Source: an uncultured Lachnospiraceae bacterium (GTDB taxonomy: Bacteria; Bacillota; Clostridia; Lachnospirales; Lachnospiraceae). From it: a stretch of 45,667 bases of DNA. The notes beneath the pieces are model-generated. The model had not been told where the DNA came from. It did no database searches and saw only the letters and a list, made by a program, of their open reading frames with translations. Positions 1 to 8,858 of this stretch are shown piece after piece. The position numbers and the translations under genes were made by a program. The stretch covers positions 1 to 45,667 of the forward strand of contig CATZYB010000001.1 of assembly GCA_958426095.1 (NCBI GenBank). The letters run 5' to 3'. Positions within the stretch are counted from its first letter, which is position 1. Each line of letters begins with the position of its first letter.

Positions 1-1
1 G

Positions 2-1456
2 GATCAGGCTTTTATTAACCGCTGGGGTGGGGAAGTTTATTATGATAATTATACTATCTATGTGAATGAACGCATTGGATTTGACAATGGAATAAGGGTA
101 GAAATCGGGTTAAACTGTGAATCTATTGAGGCAGAAATTGACATGTCCAGTGTGACTACGAGAATCGTCCCGACATCCTATAATGGTTACGGTATGAATG
201 GCGCATATCCATGGGTGGATAGTCCATTAATCAACCATTATCCGGTAATCTATACTAAAACAGTAGAGTTCTCGGAAGTGAAAATGCGCGAAGACGCCAG
301 TGATTCGGACGACGATACTGTCATCATATGCGACACCCAGGAGCAGTTGAATGCAGCGTTAGAAAAGAAATGTCAGGAATTATTTGAAACCGGAATTGAC
401 AAGCCGACAAGCAATTACAAGGTAGACCTTATTGATTTATCCAAAACAGAAGAGTATAAAGACTTGAAGAATCTGGAAACGGTAGGGTTAGGTGATACAG
501 CTCATTGCAAAAATCTGGAACTTGACATTGAAACTGACGGAAGAGTTATAAAAGTTTCATACGATTGCATAGGAGAAAAAAATGACTCCGTCGAAATAGG
601 CGATTTTGTCTATAATTATATAAATGACTTGGAAGCGGCGCTGAATCGGGTGGATGAGGCCATAAATCAAAATGGAACAGTAAAAGCGGAGAAAGTTGCG
701 GGAATATTGGATGGCATAAGGACACAGATGCGTGCCCAAGCTACCGCGGCACAACCGTCTGCTGTCCGGGCCACGATATTTGAGGACTTGAATCCTAACT
801 CGCCGACCTATGGCGCCTTATGCCTTGGAACAATGGGATTCCAAATCGCTTACCAGCGGACGGCAGATGGCCGGGAATGGGATTGGAGGACTTTTGGAAC
901 TGGTAAAGGTTTTTTTGCTGACTTTATCACAGCGGGCACCATGCTTGCCGATCGTGTCCGAGCGGGGAAATTGCAATCCCAGGATTTTGTCGAGGGAATG
1001 AGTGGTTTTGAACTTGACTTAGATACTGGAATCATTACATTTTACGATTCGGATGAATCGGGGAACGCATCTAAATTAGTATTTGCCAATGGAGGACTTA
1101 CAATCACAAATCTTAACGATGACTCAGATGGAAAAGTCAGTATTCGGTACCAGCAAGTTGGAGATAACTACTATCCAATCATCAGCGGTTCCGATGGTGA
1201 CCATGGCTACAGCATGAATCAGAACGCCCTGATCTATATGATTGGGACACTGATTAAGACGTCTATAGGTATTTCCGGTGAAAAAGGATATGTAAATACC
1301 GAAGACCTTATAATAAATGAATCTATCCGCGTTAGAGGACAATATGGCTTAACCGGCCGGGCTGAATTCTCGGACGGATCATACATGCAGTATGTTTGTG
1401 GCTCACTGGTCGGCGGCTATACAACCGAAGGCGGTGAGATAAAATGTCATGGATAA
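2..1456 (+). CDS. Phage tail endopeptidase-like/baseplate hub minor structural protein, 5'-partial
   Basis: Frame is open from base 2 (DQAFINRWGGEVYYDNY...); VTTRIVP, VGLGDT and FFADFITAGTM motifs are typical of siphophage tail-associated proteins. Confidence 0.8.
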   Translation, partial: DQAFINRWGGEVYYDNYTIYVNERIGFDNGIRVEIGLNCESIEAEIDMSSVTTRIVPTSYNGYGMNGAYPWVDSPLINHYPVIYTKTVEFSEVKMREDASDSDDDTVIICDTQEQLNAALEKKCQELFETGIDKPTSNYKVDLIDLSKTEEYKDLKNLETVGLGDTAHCKNLELDIETDGRVIKVSYDCIGEKNDSVEIGDFVYNYINDLEAALNRVDEAINQNGTVKAEKVAGILDGIRTQMRAQATAAQPSAVRATIFEDLNPNSPTYGALCLGTMGFQIAYQRTADGREWDWRTFGTGKGFFADFITAGTMLADRVRAGKLQSQDFVEGMSGFELDLDTGIITFYDSDESGNASKLVFANGGLTITNLNDDSDGKVSIRYQQVGDNYYPIISGSDGDHGYSMNQNALIYMIGTLIKTSIGISGEKGYVNTEDLIINESIRVRGQYGLTGRAEFSDGSYMQYVCGSLVGGYTTEGGEIKCHG

Positions 1457-2541
1457 GCCGTTGGGGGAGCGGTTATTACTCAGACGTCATGGAACGGTTT
1501 GGAACGGCCCAGTGTAATAACGCTAACCTGATCTATACATATCTTGCCGCACACGGTTTTACGTCACGAAATGCCATTATGGCTATGTTAGGTAACATGA
1601 TGACCGAATCTTACTTAAATCCGGGCCAGTGGCAGCATGGCTATAATCCGTATGATGGGAATCAGTATAACGGCATGGGTTTGGCCGGGTGGACGCCATA
1701 TTGGCGTATCACGGATTGGCTGACAAGCCATGGGTATGATCTAAACGACCCGGAATCCTATGGATACGGGATGTTGGACAAGTTAATCGAGGAGTGCTTT
1801 GACGCGCAGGAAGTAACATGGATAGCTACATCAAGCTATCCTATTTCTTTCGCCGAGTTTGCCATGGACACCACCCATGACATTGAATGGCTGGCCAATG
1901 CCTTTTTATATAACTATGAGCGTCCGGCAACGACGCCGCAGCCAGCCAGAGCCGAACAGGCCAAGAAGTGGTCAGAGATCCTTCCGGAAACACCGGGAGG
2001 GACATTTGCACCGAGGCTGTCTATCTATGAACCAACGGATATGAGCGATGCTGAAAGCGAAGCGTACAAATATTATTTCGGTGAAAATCTGTATTACCGT
2101 TATGGATACGGTATCGCTAACTGTACAGCCTATGCCGCCGGGCGATGGTATGAGATTACCGGAAGTTACCCGGATTTTACAGCCGGTACGGGAAATGCCA
2201 ATGAATGGTATGCTGACGCTATAGACAAGGGGTATGAGGTCGGCCAGACACCGAGACTTGGAGCCATTGCCTGTTTTGGATACACGCCAGGCGGACACGT
2301 ATGTGTGGTAGAGCAGATCAATGATGACGGAAGCTTCGTGGTATCAAATTCAGCTTGGAATTCGGATGGAGAAATGAACATACCGCCATCGGGGATGTTT
2401 AATGGTTTTCCGTGTTTTTATCTGACGACTTATACAGGGACGCCGGGGAACCAGTTCCAGGGATTTATTTACCCGCCAAACATTTTTACGCCACCGGCGC
2501 CGCCAAAGAAGATAGCATTTGTGCGGTGGATTCCGGGATAG
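1444..2541 (+). CDS. Virion-associated peptidoglycan hydrolase: phage tail lysozyme domain plus CHAP domain
   Basis: AMLGNMMTESYLNPG and GMGLAGWTP (tail lysozyme); NCTAYA, GNANEW, GHVCVVE, SNSAW (CHAP catalytic Cys/His). Confidence 0.85.
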   Translation: MSWISRWGSGYYSDVMERFGTAQCNNANLIYTYLAAHGFTSRNAIMAMLGNMMTESYLNPGQWQHGYNPYDGNQYNGMGLAGWTPYWRITDWLTSHGYDLNDPESYGYGMLDKLIEECFDAQEVTWIATSSYPISFAEFAMDTTHDIEWLANAFLYNYERPATTPQPARAEQAKKWSEILPETPGGTFAPRLSIYEPTDMSDAESEAYKYYFGENLYYRYGYGIANCTAYAAGRWYEITGSYPDFTAGTGNANEWYADAIDKGYEVGQTPRLGAIACFGYTPGGHVCVVEQINDDGSFVVSNSAWNSDGEMNIPPSGMFNGFPCFYLTTYTGTPGNQFQGFIYPPNIFTPPAPPKKIAFVRWIPG

Positions 2542-2558
2542 AAGGAAGGTGAAAAAAA

Positions 2559-3491
2559 GTGGACAAACACATCGTAGAGGCTTATGTGTTTCGGAGTGAT
2601 CTAAAGCAGACCATCTATTATACCCAGGGCACCGATGCGCTGCCTATATTATTTATGTTTAAAGACTATGATATTCCGGCCGGGACCTCGGTCGGAGTCT
2701 TTGTCGAGAAACCGTCTAAAAAGGGTGTCCAGTCAACATCAGCTGCGTTAAATATCGATGAAAATTCTGTGCTGGTCGATATGGACAGGCAGATGGTCGC
2801 CGAGATCGGGACAGCTTATATGCAGCTCCGGCTGACAAAAGGCGGAAAAGAACTTTTTACGTTTATTCAGCCGATCTGTGTGGAGCGCAGCGCGACACCG
2901 ATCGTCAGCGAGAACGGGATGCCATTTTTGGATGAGGCTATTGCCAAGATGGGAGAAGCCACAGAGGACACAAAGGCTGCGGCCAAGGATGCCCGCGAAG
3001 CAATAGCTACCATGGAACAGAAAGCGGTGAATGGTGACTTTTCGGCCAGTATCACAGTCGGTGAGGTTATCAATGGAGAACCGGGAAGTGCGGCTGTAGT
3101 CAAAAATTCCGGGACTAAGAAGGATGCCGTCTTTGATTTTGTTATTCCGATCGGCCCGCAAGGACCGAGTGGAGTTATGGCGCCATCTGCGGGGATGTAT
3201 TGTTTGCGGATAGACCCAGCCACGGGGGACCTGTGGGTCGATTATCCAGACGGCACGGATCCGCCGGATTTTAGATATGACAACGAAACCGGAAATCTCT
3301 ATTACGACATAGAAAGGGAGGATGGCACTGTGGCATCATTGCTTATTGGAAATGTAAGGAATCCGCTCATCAATAATACGACGACATCGACTCCGGGTCA
3401 GGGCGCTCTGGATGCCGCGGCCGGAAAAGCATTGCAGGATGAAGTCGATGAAATCAAAGAAACTTTGAAAAACGTATTATCAATACAATAA
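2559..3491 (+). CDS. BppU-like upper baseplate/fibre protein
   Basis: N-terminal YTQGTD...EKPS pattern, coiled segment, VKNSGT...FDFVIPIGPQGP linker; tail-module position. Confidence 0.65.
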   Translation: MDKHIVEAYVFRSDLKQTIYYTQGTDALPILFMFKDYDIPAGTSVGVFVEKPSKKGVQSTSAALNIDENSVLVDMDRQMVAEIGTAYMQLRLTKGGKELFTFIQPICVERSATPIVSENGMPFLDEAIAKMGEATEDTKAAAKDAREAIATMEQKAVNGDFSASITVGEVINGEPGSAAVVKNSGTKKDAVFDFVIPIGPQGPSGVMAPSAGMYCLRIDPATGDLWVDYPDGTDPPDFRYDNETGNLYYDIEREDGTVASLLIGNVRNPLINNTTTSTPGQGALDAAAGKALQDEVDEIKETLKNVLSIQ

Positions 3492-3512
3492 TATTTCGAG
3501 GAGGAAATAAAC

Positions 3513-4397
3513 ATGTCAGTAAACACAGTAAAATATACATTTCAGGGACAGACCTATGATTTGACGTACAACTCAGAAACGGGTAAATATGAGGGAACAA
3601 TTCCGGCACCTGCAAAATCCAGTTATTCGCAGGCAGATCATAAATACGGCGGAACAGTTGTGGCCACAGACGATGCGGGGAATAAAACGACAGTAAGCGA
3701 GACCCACAGCACATTGGGAGAGAGTTTAAAAATCAGAGTCCTGGAGAAGGTAGCGCCAGTTATTACGATTACTTATCCAACAGCATCTGCGTTTATTACT
3801 AATGCCAATCCGGAAATCGCATTTAAGGTTACGGATGATGATTCTGGCGTAAATGCAGATACAATTAAACTTACTGTAGACGGTCAGGAAGTTACGATTA
3901 CAAAAACATCGGTCACCGGCGGATACGAGTGCAAATATACTCCAGCTACGGCACTGTCCGACGGCGAACATACGATTGCAGTTAATGCATCGGATAATGA
4001 TGGCAATGTCGCTGCGGCGAAGAGCGTGACATTTACCGTCGACACCGTTCCACCGACATTGTCTGTGACAAATCCGACAGACGGTCTTGTAACAAACGAA
4101 GAAACATTGACAGTAACAGGTATCACTAATGACGTCACATCAAAACCGGTAACAGTGACCGTAAATGGACAGAGTACGACCGTCAATGCAGATGGTTCGT
4201 TCAGTAAGACAATTACGCTGACATCTGGATCAAATGTTATTACAGTAGTAGCCACCGACAAGGCAGGCAAGAAGACCACAATAACCAGAAATGTCACATT
4301 GGATACGGGCGCACCAGTGATTCAGGCGATCACCATTACTCCAAATCCAGTAGATGCCGGTCAGACATTTATCATCTCTGTAGAGGTGACAGATTAA
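3513..4397 (+). CDS. Phage structural protein with tandem Ig-like domains
   Basis: Thr/Val-rich with repeated ATDDAGN/ASDNDGN/ATDKAGK and D-T-x-x-P motifs; GAGGAGG RBS. Confidence 0.85.
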   Translation: MSVNTVKYTFQGQTYDLTYNSETGKYEGTIPAPAKSSYSQADHKYGGTVVATDDAGNKTTVSETHSTLGESLKIRVLEKVAPVITITYPTASAFITNANPEIAFKVTDDDSGVNADTIKLTVDGQEVTITKTSVTGGYECKYTPATALSDGEHTIAVNASDNDGNVAAAKSVTFTVDTVPPTLSVTNPTDGLVTNEETLTVTGITNDVTSKPVTVTVNGQSTTVNADGSFSKTITLTSGSNVITVVATDKAGKKTTITRNVTLDTGAPVIQAITITPNPVDAGQTFIISVEVTD

Positions 4398-4401
4398 GCC
4401 T

Positions 4402-4677
4402 ATGGTTCAGCGAGTGTTCGGCAGAGCCAATGGGATCGAGATTGCATTCGAACATCAAGAAGGGGACTGGTGGTGCGCCACCGTCCCCTCAAATCTGGAA
4501 GGCGAGTACATTGTCGATGTGTATGCAGAGGATGAGGCTGGAAATGTGGCCTATAAATGCAAGATGCTGTTTGCGATATGTGGTCACGTACTGCAGGCCT
4601 ATGTTTTGGATTCGGGATACCGTGCGGAGCTGAAGGAAGGGGGATACAACGTTGAGTGTAGAATATGTGGCGGATAA
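4402..4677 (+). CDS. Small Ig-like phage protein
   Basis: GEYIVDVYAEDEAGN Ig-like motif; GAGGTG RBS upstream. Confidence 0.7.
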   Translation: MVQRVFGRANGIEIAFEHQEGDWWCATVPSNLEGEYIVDVYAEDEAGNVAYKCKMLFAICGHVLQAYVLDSGYRAELKEGGYNVECRICGG

Positions 4678-4942
4678 GTATGTTGATTTCGGTGAGAAGA
4701 TCCATCTCCGGTGCGTCATAAGACCGAAATGTGGTCAAAACATCCCTTTTTCAATCCGAAGTGCCCGGTGGGAATTATATAATCCGATGGGGGTGCTGGA
4801 AGCTGAAGGAGAATGCGAGATCAACGGTCATGAGCTGGATACATTGGTACAGCCAAAAGGCACCGGAAGATATAAATTTAAGTATATTTATGAGGTCGCC
4901 GACGAAATATGGGTGGACCCAGTGAGACTGAGGGTGAATTAA
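4652..4942 (+). CDS. Hypothetical phage protein
   Basis: Fills the operon gap; AAGGGGG RBS before the TTG start. Confidence 0.65.
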   Translation: MSVEYVADKYVDFGEKIHLRCVIRPKCGQNIPFSIRSARWELYNPMGVLEAEGECEINGHELDTLVQPKGTGRYKFKYIYEVADEIWVDPVRLRVN

Positions 4943-4943
4943 G

Positions 4944-5108
4944 ATGAAAGCAAATATTATCATTGACGGTGTACAGATAACCCCGAATCCGGTGGAAATC
5001 AAAAAGTCATTTACCATATTGGTGGAAACTAAAGATGTAGCTTACGTCCTCGGCGAAGATGCCTATGCTCTGGCAGATATGGACGGGGCTTTGATCCGGA
5101 TAGAATAG
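4944..5108 (+). CDS. 54-aa hypothetical phage protein (not in ORF track)
   Basis: MKANIIIDGVQITPNPVEIKKSFTILVE...RIE*; starts just after the previous stop; resembles the C-terminus of 3513-4397. Confidence 0.7.
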   Translation: MKANIIIDGVQITPNPVEIKKSFTILVETKDVAYVLGEDAYALADMDGALIRIE

Positions 5109-5126
5109 CAGAATGGAGGAATAAAT

Positions 5127-6425
5127 ATGGCAGAGACAACAACTACCAATGCAATTGAGACAAAGAAGGTCATAGACCTGGAAGAAAAGACAACTCCGGC
5201 CGATGCGGACCTGTTTATGGCCGGAGATTCTGGCACCGCATCATTAAAAAAATTTAAATGGTCCAGTCTTATTGCGGCCATTAAAACAAAGCTTGCAGCG
5301 TGGACTTTTGACACGCTGACAACGACGAACAAGACACTTCCGGGGGCTCTTAATGAGCTAAATAGTAATTTGGGAGAACATAAAACCAGTAGCGATCATG
5401 ATGAACGATATTACCCAAAAACAGATATTGATCTGTTTTTGGAAGGTAAATCGCCAACCTCGCATACACATGACGATCGATACTACAAAGAAGATGAAGT
5501 TGATACAAAGCTTAATACCAAAGCTGCCACTGGAAGTTGGGAATGTGCAACTTTGGCAGACTTTGTCACCAGAGTCAATGAAAGCAATAATGGAAAAACG
5601 TATATCGGACGATGGAAAGATACCGGCGGATGGGGACCAAGAGGAAGCGCCGCATGGTATCATGGTTTCTGCATCCTTCAAAACGCACCTGGCGGGATCA
5701 ACGACATTGATGGTTTTATTGTGTGCCAAAGCAGTACCTACTATTATATAGGATATATAACCGGAACAACCACGCCATCAGCGACCTGGCATCAGATAAC
5801 AAAAGGTGATATCAACGGATATTTGGATAAAATCTATTTAAAAAATAAAGCCATCATATCTGGTGATACAGCACAGTTATTGCAATTATGGGCCTCCGGC
5901 GAATCGGACTATGTATTATGCCTTGGTGTACGGGATAAGACCTGGAACTTGTCTCCATTTAAATCAGGAGCTTTGCAGCTCGGAACATCAAACTATAAAT
6001 GGGGGCAGATATACTCCGCTGTAGCATCCATCAGCACATCCGACCGCAATGAAAAGCACGACATCAAGGAGCTTCCAGCATCCGCAAAAGATTTTATCAT
6101 GAGACTCAATCCTGTGTCATACAAATTCAATGATGGAGAATCGGGACGCTCTCATTATGGCATGATTGCTCAGGACGTTGAAACTTTAATGGCCGACCTC
6201 GGAATATCATCTAAAGATTTTGCTGGTTTTGTTAAGTCACCAAAAACAGAACATATTTTTGATGATGACGGTAAAATCGTTGGCGAAAAAGTCATTGAAG
6301 GAGAATATACTTATGGCCTCCGATATGAAGAATTCATCGCACCATTAATCAAGACAGTACAGATACAGCAGCAGGAAATCAACGGATTAAAAAAATACAT
6401 CCAAGATTCTTTAAGTCAAAAATAA
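5127..6425 (+). CDS. Tail fibre/receptor-binding protein: constant 77-aa N-terminus plus currently fused cassette 1, with a C-terminal intramolecular chaperone (peptidase S74-like)
   Basis: GGAGG RBS; GALNELNSN junction; two HD(E/D)RYY repeats; SDRNEKHDI...LNPVSY...YGMIAQDV...LRYEEFIAPLIK chaperone signature. Confidence 0.88.
   Translation: MAETTTTNAIETKKVIDLEEKTTPADADLFMAGDSGTASLKKFKWSSLIAAIKTKLAAWTFDTLTTTNKTLPGALNELNSNLGEHKTSSDHDERYYPKTDIDLFLEGKSPTSHTHDDRYYKEDEVDTKLNTKAATGSWECATLADFVTRVNESNNGKTYIGRWKDTGGWGPRGSAAWYHGFCILQNAPGGINDIDGFIVCQSSTYYYIGYITGTTTPSATWHQITKGDINGYLDKIYLKNKAIISGDTAQLLQLWASGESDYVLCLGVRDKTWNLSPFKSGALQLGTSNYKWGQIYSAVASISTSDRNEKHDIKELPASAKDFIMRLNPVSYKFNDGESGRSHYGMIAQDVETLMADLGISSKDFAGFVKSPKTEHIFDDDGKIVGEKVIEGEYTYGLRYEEFIAPLIKTVQIQQQEINGLKKYIQDSLSQK
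5358..5368 (+). repeat. Shufflon site A (CTAAATAGTAA), expression site
   Basis: Exact 11-bp core shared with sites at 6982, 8159 and 8848; encodes LNSN in the fibre frame. Confidence 0.9.
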
Positions 6426-6992
6426 TATCACTGTACATACCAAAGCACCAGTATATGTCGCGTCGGCTCCCGCATTATATGCTTTTACCGCAACAACGCC
6501 ATCGGACACCGTTGCCGAAGTGATGACCGTGCTTCCGGCTGATTTAATCTGCACTAAGACATTGGAGATCGTTTTCCCGTAGGCAGTACCAATACTCCCC
6601 GCATTAAAGGTTGCTGCGCCGTCCGTAAATTCAAGTGTCTGATTAGTTACAACAATCATGCAATCATTTGTGCTACCAACAATAATGCGTCTTCTCATTG
6701 CGCTATCCAGTGTATTATTTGTAATTTCTTTCCATTCGCTGATGCCAGCATTGTATTTTTCTCTACAGTAAATATAGCCGTTGTTATATTTTAAAGTTTG
6801 CATCAGGATTCCGTTGGCGCTGATCATCTCTGTAATGAGTTTAAATCCTGTTGAGCTGATCGGAGCGCTTTGAATGGTTGCGATACTGGATGTTAGACAT
6901 GTCCATATTCCAGGCTCCCAGTATTTGTCATCATCTAAATTTGCAGCATGGATAGCATTTATTTTAACAAGATTGTATGTTTTACTATTTAG
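6411..6992 (-). CDS. Silent tail-fibre cassette 2 (193 aa from LNSK)
   Basis: Open frame starts at site B: LNSKTYNLVK...PGIW...MQTL...IYCR...SEWKEI...VILFLT*; no convincing RBS or start of its own. Confidence 0.85.
   Translation of the reverse strand, partial: LNSKTYNLVKINAIHAANLDDDKYWEPGIWTCLTSSIATIQSAPISSTGFKLITEMISANGILMQTLKYNNGYIYCREKYNAGISEWKEITNNTLDSAMRRRIIVGSTNDCMIVVTNQTLEFTDGAATFNAGSIGTAYGKTISNVLVQIKSAGSTVITSATVSDGVVAVKAYNAGADATYTGALVCTVILFLT
6982..6992 (-). repeat. Shufflon site B
   Basis: TTACTATTTAG on +; 16-bp identity with site C (AACTAAATAGTAAAAC). Confidence 0.9.
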
Positions 6993-7058
6993 TTGCCAGG
7001 TGGAGGAATGAAAAAACAATGAGAAAATAATGGCAGCAGAATAGAGAGCATGGAAATT

Positions 7059-7084
7059 AAGCCCGACTTTGGCCGGACTTTTTT
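7059..7084. terminator. Imperfect hairpin downstream of the recombinase gene
   Basis: On the minus strand AAGTCCGGC-CAAA-GTCGGGCTT pairs using G-U; T-run follows on the plus side. Confidence 0.4.
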
Positions 7085-7098
7085 GATTTCAGCCAAGG

Positions 7099-8094
7099 CT
7101 ATGCGCTGAGATATTTTTTATGAGACATGCGGACGTTTTCTTGGCTCACGGAGCAATATATCTGAGTGGTATCAAGTTTTGTGTGGCCAAGGAGGCGACT
7201 GACCTGTTCAATCGGCATACCGCGATTTAAAGCGTTGGTTGCCATGGTCCGGCGGAATCGGTGTGGATGGACATTACTTATACCGGTGCGGTGGCCGAGT
7301 TCCCGAAACATTCGCTCGACACCATTCTTTGATAAACGGCGGTAAGGACGCTGGAGCGATACAAACAGTGCTGGATTGTCATCAGTCCGGCTGTCGAGGT
7401 ACATTTTAAGATATATGCCAGCGGATGGCGTAAAGTAAGTCTCGCGCTCTTTAGAACCTTTGCCAAAAACTGTGACGTCATTGGTGGAGAAATTGACATC
7501 CGATCGGTTCAAGGCCGTCAATTCAGACACACGGACGCCAGTGGAATAGAGGAATTCCATCAGGGCCAGGTCGCGGAGCTGTCCACAGTTGATTTTTAAG
7601 AGTTCACGATCTTCATCGGAAAACGGTTTTTTAATGGTTTTTGGCAGTTTAATGCTGTCGAGTTGAGCGACAGGGTTTGATGAAATGTACCTCTTTTTAT
7701 GTAGCCAGGTAAAAAAGCTGGACAAGGCCGATTGCATATTTTTGATCCGGGAGAAAGATACTTGTCTGAGTTGACGGTATCTTTCGAGATAGCAAATAAA
7801 ATCGTCATCGGTTAGTTCAGCCAGCGGCTTGCTGATGGCGTCCAGAAACATGGTGATGGTCAGACGGTAGTTTTTAAGGGTGTTTGGGCTAAGGCCAGCA
7901 GAACTTTTGGACATAAGAAATTTTTCCATATAAGCATATCCGTCCGGCTGACGGACGATGATATCGGTCTCTTTTTTTGAGATAGAATACTCATATATGG
8001 CCATATGTAATACGGTTTTAAGTCGCCGCATCTGGTCAAAACCCAAGTACGGACACATGGAATCCAGAATTTTATTGATAAGTTCGTTTTTCAT
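7099..8094 (-). CDS. Tyrosine recombinase (XerC/D-like, 331 aa), putative shufflon invertase
   Basis: Catalytic set STGVRVSEL (R), GKGSKER (K), HRFR (HxxR), LLGH, TTQIY; AAAGGAGG RBS before ATG at 8094. Confidence 0.95.
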   Translation of the reverse strand: MKNELINKILDSMCPYLGFDQMRRLKTVLHMAIYEYSISKKETDIIVRQPDGYAYMEKFLMSKSSAGLSPNTLKNYRLTITMFLDAISKPLAELTDDDFICYLERYRQLRQVSFSRIKNMQSALSSFFTWLHKKRYISSNPVAQLDSIKLPKTIKKPFSDEDRELLKINCGQLRDLALMEFLYSTGVRVSELTALNRSDVNFSTNDVTVFGKGSKERETYFTPSAGIYLKMYLDSRTDDNPALFVSLQRPYRRLSKNGVERMFRELGHRTGISNVHPHRFRRTMATNALNRGMPIEQVSRLLGHTKLDTTQIYCSVSQENVRMSHKKYLSA

Positions 8095-8150
8095 GGTGAT
8101 CCTCCTTTGTAGTTGATAAATATAGTATAAATTAAAGTCGGGAGGTATTG

Positions 8151-8169
8151 AGAGATAACTAAATAGTAA
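8151..8169 (+). repeat. Shufflon site C (core 8159-8169)
   Basis: AGAGATAACTAAATAGTAA is a perfect 19-bp inverted repeat with 8848-8866. Confidence 0.92.
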
Positions 8170-8491
8170 AACCGCAGAGGTTAAGGCATCGTCTCCATGG
8201 ACATACATAGAATATAAAAATGGATTGCTCCATGCTTGGAGATATGCGACTATATCCTCGGGTTCCGGTGCAAAAACAAATACAATAAGTTTGCCAACAC
8301 CAATGAAAGACGCTGAATATTCTGTCATAGTATTTCCAATATTCAACGGTCATCTTTGCCATTCCGTGTGGGCCGGAACATTGACTGGTGCAGATGGACG
8401 GACCACCACTACGGCTCAAGTGAGTATGGATTCTGTAGATTCAAATAGCAATGTAGGTGTTATGATACATGTAATGGGCTACAGAGCATAA
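8159..8491 (+). CDS. Silent tail-fibre cassette 3 (110 aa from LNSK)
   Basis: LNSKTAEVKASSPWTYIEYKNGLLHAW...TISLPTP...IHVMGYRA*; in-frame TAA immediately before the core. Confidence 0.85.
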   Translation, partial: LNSKTAEVKASSPWTYIEYKNGLLHAWRYATISSGSGAKTNTISLPTPMKDAEYSVIVFPIFNGHLCHSVWAGTLTGADGRTTTTAQVSMDSVDSNSNVGVMIHVMGYRA

Positions 8492-8531
8492 AACTATTAT
8501 CATTAAAGCAGTTTTGCTATTTTTACTACAT

Positions 8532-8858
8532 TTAATACCCAATCGCCAAATAAGTCGCTATACGATTTGTCACGACGGCATTTGTTGGGTTTGCTATCCA
8601 TAATGTGCATCCGGTCTTGGTGCGGCCAAATACCGATGCTGTCAGCTGCGGAACTCCGCCTTCGATGCTGGCAAATACCATTGGAGTTGAACTGAATTCC
8701 GTTGCAAATGTTCCGGTCCCGGCGGTATATCCACCTGCTTTGATTTCATCAACCGTGACATTGCCCCATGCAATTTTTAATCCTGTATCACCGATATTAA
8801 AAAAACCAGAATTCCGCTGTTTCAGCAGCCGATCGAGGTCATTTAAATTACTATTTAG
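8532..8858 (-). CDS. Silent tail-fibre cassette 4 (108 aa from LNSN; not in ORF track)
   Basis: Hand translation LNSNLNDLDRLLKQRNSGFFNIGDTGLKIAWGNVTV...FATEFSSTPMVFAS...TYLAIGY*; typical fibre-tip ending; in-frame TAA before the core. Confidence 0.87.
   Translation of the reverse strand, partial: LNSNLNDLDRLLKQRNSGFFNIGDTGLKIAWGNVTVDEIKAGGYTAGTGTFATEFSSTPMVFASIEGGVPQLTASVFGRTKTGCTLWIANPTNAVVTNRIATYLAIGY

Noticed and set aside
7099..8346. 415-aa version of the recombinase, or its role as the prophage integrase
   Set aside because: A strong RBS supports the ATG at 8094, and the extension runs antisense through cassette 3. The gene sits among fibre cassettes about 3 kb from the prophage end, which fits an invertase better.
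8225..8491. Independent 88-aa gene starting at TTG
   Set aside because: The frame is open back to site C and has no good RBS; better explained as a cassette.
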